64,000 nt of DNA, taken from Lachnospiraceae bacterium (GTDB lineage: Bacteria; Bacillota; Clostridia; Lachnospirales; Lachnospiraceae). The number at the start of each line of letters is the position of its first letter. The stretch's first letter is position 1. Made by a program: the position numbers and the translations under genes. The stretch is from the NCBI GenBank assembly GCA_017437065.1, contig JAFSBX010000076.1:88466-152465 (forward strand). Reading direction: 5' to 3'. This document shows positions 29,140 to 36,100 of this stretch, piece after piece. The notes under the pieces are model-generated. The model was not told the DNA's origin and ran no database searches. It was given only the letters and a program-made list of their open reading frames with translations.

Positions 29140-30075
29140 ATGGGCATACTGGAAATTATTTTGTTAATTATAGGAGGAGCAGTTTTTATTTTGAGTTTTA
29201 TTCTTCCGAAGAATAAAGAGGAAATGGACGCAGAGACAAGAAAGTTTACAAAAGAGCAGATACGGTCACTTCTTGAGAGAGAGATTACCATAGTACAATC
29301 TAAAATTGAAGATACTGTTGCAGAAGCAATTGAAGAATCTGCATCGAAAACGGAACGTACTCTTGAAAAGATGACTAATGAAAAGATTATGGCAATTAAT
29401 GAGTATGCTGATACAGTATTGGAAGATATAAATAAAAACCATAAAGAAGTTTTGTTCTTGTATGATATGTTAAATGATAAGCACGCAACTATAAAAAGTG
29501 CGGTGACAGAAGTAGAAAAGACAGTAGGTGAAGTAGCCCAGACTGCCAAGGATATTGAAATTTCTGCAAAAGAAACAGCAAAAGAGGCAAAGAGTTCGGA
29601 AGAAGCGGCAAAGAGAGCGGCAGATATTGCAAATCGTGTGGAAAAGGCGGCAGAACTAATTCAGGAAAAAGTAGATGAGAGTTTGGATAATGTTTATCCG
29701 TTAACAGAAATGCAGTCTGAGTTAGAAGTAGAAAATGTTACTGCTGAGTTAGAAGCAATCAGTTTGCAAACAGACGTATCGGATGTGGTGGAACAGGTAA
29801 CTGAACAGCCGGAAGAAACACGGGAAGAAGAGGAATACGGTGATGACTTTGTACAAGGAATTACGGCAGCTGCACCTAAAATTGTATTTGAAGGTGAGGA
29901 TGAAGAAAATCCACAGTTTTATGTAATTGAACCGCAAGATTCCCAAAACAGTAATGAAAAAATATTATCTCTTCATAAAGCAGGTATGTCCAATGTAGCT
30001 ATAGCGAAAGAACTTGGACTGGGAGTCGGTGAAGTAAAACTTGTAATTGATTTATTTGAAGGGACGTCAAGATAG
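29140..30075 (+). CDS. Membrane-anchored coiled-coil protein with C-terminal HTH-like tail (DUF6115-like, from memory)
   Basis: 311 aa. N-terminal TM ILEIILLIIGGAVFILSFILP, a long acidic coiled coil, and a C-terminal NEKILSLHKAGMSNVAIAKELGLGVGEVKLVIDLF that resembles a small three-helix HTH. Confidence 0.55.
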   Translation: MGILEIILLIIGGAVFILSFILPKNKEEMDAETRKFTKEQIRSLLEREITIVQSKIEDTVAEAIEESASKTERTLEKMTNEKIMAINEYADTVLEDINKNHKEVLFLYDMLNDKHATIKSAVTEVEKTVGEVAQTAKDIEISAKETAKEAKSSEEAAKRAADIANRVEKAAELIQEKVDESLDNVYPLTEMQSELEVENVTAELEAISLQTDVSDVVEQVTEQPEETREEEEYGDDFVQGITAAAPKIVFEGEDEENPQFYVIEPQDSQNSNEKILSLHKAGMSNVAIAKELGLGVGEVKLVIDLFEGTSR

Positions 30076-30078
30076 GAT

Positions 30079-30651
30079 ATGAAACTGAAAATTTATTTAC
30101 GAGGACTGGGAATCGGTATTGCCGTAACAACACTTATTCTGGGAGTTTCTTATAGTGGAAAAAAAGAAATGACGGATGCAGAAGTTATTGCAAGAGCGAA
30201 AGAACTTGGTATGGTAGAAGGCGAGACAGAAAGTGGGAAGTTGTACGAGGGCATTGATGCACAAAAAATAGAATCAGAAGTATATAGTACGGAAGAAAGA
30301 GAGTCCGAGTTACAAACAGAGAGTGAAACATTAGAGCTGGAATCTGAATTTGAGGAGGATACAACTCAACCGATAGAAGCACTAAACGGAAATGAAACAG
30401 AACAGCAGACGGATATGAATGCCGGAGAAGAAATGGCGAAGCAGATAATTGAAGTTACTATTGTAAGTGGCGACGATTCCGCAACAGCCAGCAGAAGACT
30501 ACAGGAGGCAGGGGTGGTTGAATCGGCAACAACGTTTGATAAATATTTATGTAGTAACGGATATTCAAAAAAAGTTGTGTCAGGAACTTATAAAATTGCA
30601 GTTGGCTCGGATGATGAAACTATTGCAAAAATTATTACAAAATCAGAGTAA
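30079..30651 (+). CDS. Membrane-anchored acidic protein with MltG/YceG N-terminal-like (LysM-like) domain and no catalytic domain
   Basis: 190 aa. TM GLGIGIAVTTLILGV, an acidic linker, and a C-terminal VTIVSGDDSATASRRLQEAGVV...SGTYKIAVGSDDETIAKII that resembles the small N-domain of MltG. Confidence 0.45.
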   Translation: MKLKIYLRGLGIGIAVTTLILGVSYSGKKEMTDAEVIARAKELGMVEGETESGKLYEGIDAQKIESEVYSTEERESELQTESETLELESEFEEDTTQPIEALNGNETEQQTDMNAGEEMAKQIIEVTIVSGDDSATASRRLQEAGVVESATTFDKYLCSNGYSKKVVSGTYKIAVGSDDETIAKIITKSE

Positions 30652-30734
30652 AAATAATGTAAAAAGGTTTTACAGAAAAATATCTTGGGAAAAATAAGTT
30701 AAAATAACGAAATCAAATAACGAAATTAAGAAAA

Positions 30735-30757
30735 AGCCTCTTGTCAAGGGGCTTTTA
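30735..30757 (+). terminator. Rho-independent terminator ending the fla/che super-operon
   Basis: AGCCTCTT-gtc-AAGGGGCT (one G-U pair) followed by TTTTA. Confidence 0.6.
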
Positions 30758-30769
30758 TTATGGTAAAAT
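30741..30769 (+). promoter_or_regulatory. Candidate sigma-A promoter for rpsB, overlapping the terminator hairpin
   Basis: TTGTCA, a 17-nt spacer, then TAAAAT with a TG-extended -10 (TGGTAAAAT). An A/T-rich region with two AAATAACGAAAT direct repeats (30702-30726) lies upstream. Confidence 0.5.
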
Positions 30770-30901
30770 CTCAATGTTGTGACTAAAAAACACGTAAGTT
30801 TATTCATCGCCGGTGCTCATAGACGCTGGAGTGGCTGATGGAGAAGTGCATTTTGCACGGAAAGATTTACGGAAGAAAATGAACCAAATGGAGGTAAAGA
30901 C

Positions 30902-31663
30902 ATGAGCGTTATTTCAATGAAACAGTTATTAGAAGCAGGTGTTCATTTTGGACATCAGACAAGAAGATGGAATCCTAAAATGGCTCCTTACATCTTCACA
31001 GAAAGAAATGGTATCCACATCATCGACTTACAGAAATCTGTAGGTAAAGTAGATGAAGCTTACAAAGCTATCGCTGATATCGCAGCTGATGGTGGTACAG
31101 TTCTTTTCGTTGGTACAAAGAAACAAGCTCAGGATGCTGTAAAAACAGAAGCTGAACGTTGCGGAATGTACTATGTAAACGAAAGATGGTTAGGTGGTAT
31201 GCTTACAAACTTCAAGACCATCCAGTCCAGAATTGCAAGATTAAAAGCAATCGAAACTATGTCAGAAGATGGAACATTTGATGTTCTTCCTAAAAAAGAA
31301 GTTATTGAATTAAAGAAAGAATGGGAAAAACTTGAGAAGAACCTTGGCGGAATTAAAGAAATGAAGAGAATTCCGGATGCAATCTTCGTAGTAGATCCTA
31401 AGAAAGAAAGAATCTGCGTTCAGGAAGCACATGCACTCGGTATTACATTAATCGGTATCGGTGATACAAACTGTGATCCTGAAGAACTTGACTATATCAT
31501 TCCTGGTAACGATGATGCTATCAGAGCAGTAAAATTAATCGTTGCTAAAATGGCAGATGCTGTTATCGAAGCTAATCAGGGTGAAGCAGCATACGTAGAA
31601 GAAGCTTTTGAAGAAGCAGCCGGAGAAGCTACAGATATTGAAGAAGTAGCAGAAGAAGCTTAA
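30902..31663 (+). CDS. rpsB: 30S ribosomal protein S2
   Basis: [22 protein letters not shown]... is canonical S2. The C-terminus is an acidic tail. Confidence 0.97.
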   Translation: MSVISMKQLLEAGVHFGHQTRRWNPKMAPYIFTERNGIHIIDLQKSVGKVDEAYKAIADIAADGGTVLFVGTKKQAQDAVKTEAERCGMYYVNERWLGGMLTNFKTIQSRIARLKAIETMSEDGTFDVLPKKEVIELKKEWEKLEKNLGGIKEMKRIPDAIFVVDPKKERICVQEAHALGITLIGIGDTNCDPEELDYIIPGNDDAIRAVKLIVAKMADAVIEANQGEAAYVEEAFEEAAGEATDIEEVAEEA

Positions 31664-31686
31664 GAAAAAGTATAAGTTGAAACTTG

Positions 31687-31714
31687 CAAAGGGACGCAGA
31701 TTTACGTCCCTTTG
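31687..31714 (+). promoter_or_regulatory. Stem-loop between rpsB and tsf (attenuator or partial terminator)
   Basis: CAAAGGGACG-cagattta-CGTCCCTTTG, a perfect 10-bp stem, followed by TGTTGATT. Confidence 0.5.
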
Positions 31715-31752
31715 TGTTGATTAAATTCATAAATGATATGGAGGATATAACG

Positions 31753-32862
31753 ATGGCTATCACAGCAGCAATGGTAAAAGAATTAAGAGATATGACTGGT
31801 GCAGGTATGATGGACTGTAAAAAAGCTCTTAACGAGACAAACGGTGACATGGATGCAGCAGTTGATTATTTAAGAAAGAACGGACAGGCTAAAGCAGAGA
31901 AAAAAGCTGGTAGAATTGCAGCAGAAGGTCTTTGTAAAGTAGTTCTTAAAGATGATAAAACAGCAGCAGTTGTTGAAGTTAACTCTGAAACAGACTTCGT
32001 TGCTAAAAACGAAGATTTCCAGGCATTTGTTGCAGCAGTTGCAGAGCAGGCAGTTAACTCTGATGCAGCAGATATGGACGCTTTCATGGCTGAAACATGG
32101 AATGCTGATACTTCCAAAACTGTAAAAGATGCATTAGTAGAAAAAGTTGCAGTTATCGGTGAAAACTTAGGAATCAGAAGATTTGAAAAAGTTGTTGCTG
32201 AAAACGGATGTGTTGTTTCTTACGTTCATGGTGGCGGTAGAATCGGTGTTATCGTTGAAGCTGAAACTGATGTTGTTAACGATGCAATCAAAGAAGCTCT
32301 TACAAACGTAGCAATGCAGGTTGCTGCTTTAAATCCAACATATACAGCAAGAGAAGAAATTTCAGAAGATGAGCTTGCTAAAATGAGAGAAATCACAGTT
32401 GACAGTGCTTTAAATGATTCCTTCTCACTTCCAATGCCAATCTTAAAAGGCTTACTTGAAAAGGCTGTAAATGATAAAGTATGGAGCGATGAAGATATTG
32501 CTATCTATGAAGAAAAGAAAGACAATATGAAATATTTACCAAACTTCCTTTCTAAAGAAGCAAAAGCTTCATTAGCAGAACTTGCTTTAGCAGATAAAGC
32601 AACAATCGTAGAGAACAAAATCTTTGGTGGTCTCGTTGAAGGACGTATTTCTAAACAACTTAAAGAAATTTGTTTATTGGATCAGACATATGTAAAAGCA
32701 GAAGATGGCAAACAGCCAGTTGCTAAATACATTGAAGAAGTTGGTAAAGCTAACGGTGCTAAATTAAGCATTAAGAAGTTCGTTCGTTTCGAAACAGGTG
32801 AAGGTATCGAAAAGAAAGAAGAAAACTTCGCAGAAGAAGTTGCAAAACAGATGGGAATGTAA
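31753..32862 (+). CDS. tsf: Elongation factor Ts (long variant)
   Basis: N-terminal UBA-like [26 protein letters not shown] and conserved core blocks are present. ATG 31753 follows GGAGGA. The track's upstream extension from 31684 has no support. Confidence 0.95.
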   Translation: MAITAAMVKELRDMTGAGMMDCKKALNETNGDMDAAVDYLRKNGQAKAEKKAGRIAAEGLCKVVLKDDKTAAVVEVNSETDFVAKNEDFQAFVAAVAEQAVNSDAADMDAFMAETWNADTSKTVKDALVEKVAVIGENLGIRRFEKVVAENGCVVSYVHGGGRIGVIVEAETDVVNDAIKEALTNVAMQVAALNPTYTAREEISEDELAKMREITVDSALNDSFSLPMPILKGLLEKAVNDKVWSDEDIAIYEEKKDNMKYLPNFLSKEAKASLAELALADKATIVENKIFGGLVEGRISKQLKEICLLDQTYVKAEDGKQPVAKYIEEVGKANGAKLSIKKFVRFETGEGIEKKEENFAEEVAKQMGM

Positions 32863-32873
32863 TATAGCTACGA

Positions 32874-32954
32874 GCCACGCACTCGTGAAAAATAAAAAGT
32901 CCGATGAGAGTTTACTCTCAATCGGACTTTTTATTTTTCACGAGTATGCGGCGA
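32874..32954. terminator. Very long palindromic hairpin containing the tsf terminator
   Basis: The core is AAAAAGTCCGATGAGAG-ttta-CTCTCAATCGGACTTTTT. It is extended by CTCGTGAAAAAT/ATTTTTCACGAG and by imperfect GCCACGCA/TATGCGGC, giving about 40 bp of stem. A- and T-tracts on both sides make it bidirectional in form. Confidence 0.7.
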
Positions 32955-32974
32955 CAGCCACATATGAGGAAGTA

Positions 32975-33020
32975 GCGAAGCGAATTCCGAATAAGCGAAG
33001 CGAATTCCGAATAAGTGAAG
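32975..33020. repeat. 20-bp tandem direct repeat, about 2.3 copies
   Basis: GCGAAGCGAATTCCGAATAA occurs twice perfectly (32975-32994 and 32995-33014), followed by the partial copy GTGAAG. Each unit contains the palindrome GAATTC. Confidence 0.9.
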
Positions 33021-33124
33021 CACCACCCACTTTATATTCTATCGAAATTCTGCTATAGTATAAATAAAACAAAGGAAATTTGTACCATGGAAGCGATAAA
33101 ATAAAAGAAAAAGGAGTGGCACAT

Positions 33125-36100
33125 ATGAGAAAAAATCTAAGCAAAAAAATCGTAATGTTACTTTCGGCAATTTTAATGTTTCAAACAATATGTGAGCCAT
33201 TAATGACAACAAGTTTAGAAAGAGTTTATGCAACAGAAATAGAAGAAGTGCAGAGTACTTCGTCAGAATCATCAGGAGTGACAGTAAGTACAAAAGAAGA
33301 GTTTATGACAGCATTGTCGCAGAAACAGAGTCCTATTACAGTAACCGGGGCGATTACAATTGGAGAACAAGCGAATAGTACAGGAAAAATGTTACCGGTA
33401 GAGATACCGGCTGGGATAGTTATTCAGGGGGATGACGGGGCCAGTATAAGTTGTCGTTGTCCGCTTCAACTATCCGGTAATGGAGTAATTATAAAAAATA
33501 TAGAGCTGACATTTGAATCAAGTAACGCACTGGGGAGTGTGCCCCATAGGGAAATTTTTCTTGCAGGATATAGTCTTACACTGGATAATGTTTCTACATA
33601 CTTGGCGGGTGCCGGTGGTTCTTTAGGTGGTTTTGGTGGAACAGAGGAAGAACTTTTGCCGACCGTATATGCCGGTGGATTTGAAAATACGACAATCGGT
33701 ACAGCAGCTTCTTTGACAGTTAAGAATGCAAATTCTAAAACAATGTTTCAGGGAATTTATATGAGTCATGGTGAAGGGAACGATACGAAGGTGCCGTATT
33801 ACGGTAATGCTTTTTTAAATATAGGTCCTAAGAGTATAGTCAGAGATGGTATTTTTTCAGAATATACAGAAGAAAACAGTCGTGTAGCAATTGAAGTAAC
33901 CGGAGAGGGAAATGTAAATAATATAACATTTTATGGGAATAATCAGACAACACTTACAGCAAAACAATCCACTTTAAATAATATAACCTTAATTGGTGTA
34001 GGAACGCTGGTGTTAAGTGAGAAGGCGTATGTTGATCTTGCTCAGGGGGAGTTGAAAAATGTAACTTTGCAGGATGGAGCATGTTTGGATCTGAACAAAA
34101 TGTCAGATGTAACTGTGACTAGGAATTTTACGGGCGGTGTATATAATTCAGAGTCGCAAACGGATACAAGGGGGATTCTTGTATTAAATAAAGAAGGTTC
34201 CATGACTGTGCAAGGAACTGTCAGCGGAACAACCATATTTCAGACGGACAATAAAAACTTTCCGGGAGAATTTACGGATGAAAAACAATATATTACAGCG
34301 ATAAATGTAGAAAGTGGAGCCACAGGCTTTGAACTGCCTTCAAGCAAAGCAGACAGCTATGAGCTGAAGTATGAAAATAACGGATGGACGATTTATCAGC
34401 TGGATGCAGGATTATATTATCCTGTGGTAGGGAGTATAGAGGTTATTTCGGCACCCACAGAAGTTGATATAAATAAAATAGCAGGTAATAGTAGTATTCC
34501 GGCCAAAGAAGCACCTTATTGTGAAATTATATGGAAAGATGAAGATGGAAATCAAATCAGTTCTGATACCGTAGAAGAAATGGGATTGTATTGGGAGGAT
34601 ACAATTATCGCAATAAAAACAGAATATTGGGAGGATGAAAGTGCCTCCGAACAGAGTGACTGGGCAAATGTTGTTCAGTTGGTTACTGTGGAAGGCGAGC
34701 CGGGCAGGTATTATTTTTATGCGGATAAATCATATTATGAATCAGAGCCTTGCAAGGTAAATACCGGAAAATATACATTTTTATTGTGTTCAGAGTATTC
34801 GGAGGATTTAAAAACAGTAGCAGATGTTAAAGCTATTAGAGAAAAAGTAAAGACAGAGTTTTGTGTACAATTTTTTGATTCTACACAGATGCCTGCAACG
34901 GTGGATATCGGAAGTGAAACAGTCAAAGTACAGCCGATTGATGCTCAGCCATATACAGGAGAAGCGATAATGCCCGTACTGTATATTACAAATGATAATA
35001 CAGTGCTTGTGGAAGGGCAGGATTATAAAGTAACTTATGAAAATAATATAAAAGTAGGAACAAATACTGCCAAAGTTGTTGTAGAAGGAATTGGTGCATA
35101 TCGCGGAACAAGAGAAGTTATGTTCAGTATTATAAAAAGCAATCCGACGCTCATATTGACAGTGAATGAGAAGACTGATTGTGAAGCGGAATATGAGCAG
35201 GAACTTTCAGTTATATTGCAAGTAGTTCCGTATAAATCAGAAATATCAGAAATGCCTTCGAATGTAGAATTATATTATGAAGATATCTTACTTGGAAGTG
35301 CAGAAGTTGGAGAAAATGGGTACGCAACAATCAGATACCGGACTACAGAACAGAAGTTACCAATCGGTAAAAACTGTATCCGGGCAGAATTTGGTGGTAC
35401 AACAGAATTAAATCCGGGAATTGCACAAGTTCAGGTAACGCTAAAGAAAAAGATGTTATCAGCAGGGGAAGTTGCCAGTGTACAATTGAAAGACTTTATA
35501 GGGAATGGAAGTACTACCACAACAGATATTATAAGTATGACGGATAAAAATGGAATGACTTATTCGGTCAATGGAACAGCAGAGCTTCCGGATTCTAAAC
35601 CAGGGACTTATGACAAGGCAAAAATAATTAACTGGTCATTGATCGGAGAAATCGGAGGCTGGTATCAGTTGCCGACTCTTACAGAATATATTGCGGTTTC
35701 ACCTAAAGTAAGCATTTTAGAGGAAAATGAGTCAGAAACAGAGAGTGAAAACGAGACGGAAAGTGAAACAGAAAGTGAAACGGAAACTGAAACAGAGGTG
35801 GAGAGTGAGGTAGAGACCGAAGACGAAACTGAAACAGAAAGTGAAACTGAAACAGAAACGGAGACAGAGAGCGAAACCGAGCCGGAAGAAAAACAAGGTC
35901 TATGGATAAAGCCGATTGCCGAACAAACATATACAGGAAAAGCAATTAAACCTGTGGTGGAAGTTTATGAGGGTGAAACTTTATTAACAAAAAAAGATTA
36001 CTCTGTAACTTATCGGAAGAATGTCAATGCAGGTACTGCAACTGTTACGGTAAATGGAAAAGGAAATTATTCAGGCAGTGATACAACAACTTTTGTCATT

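Noticed and set aside
28845-29549. 234-aa minus-strand ORF overlapping the 105-aa and 311-aa genes
   Set aside because: It is antisense to two co-directional, RBS-preceded genes inside a 30-kb single-strand operon. Its composition is hydrophobic and Ser-rich, as expected for a shadow ORF.
31684-31752. Upstream extension of tsf in the ORF track ([15 protein letters not shown]...)
   Set aside because: It overlaps the rpsB-tsf hairpin. The conserved EF-Ts N-terminus [12 protein letters not shown] begins at ATG 31753, directly after GGAGGA.
32798-33058. 86-aa ORF running from the tsf 3' end through the palindrome and tandem repeats
   Set aside because: It overlaps tsf out of frame and reads through a terminator hairpin and repeat DNA. 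It has no RBS.
35720-35890. Short-period DNA repetition that could be mistaken for a CRISPR or other non-coding array
   Set aside because: It lies in frame within a long ORF and encodes an E-T/S linker. The period is about 6 nt, with no spacer-repeat organisation and no cas genes in the window.
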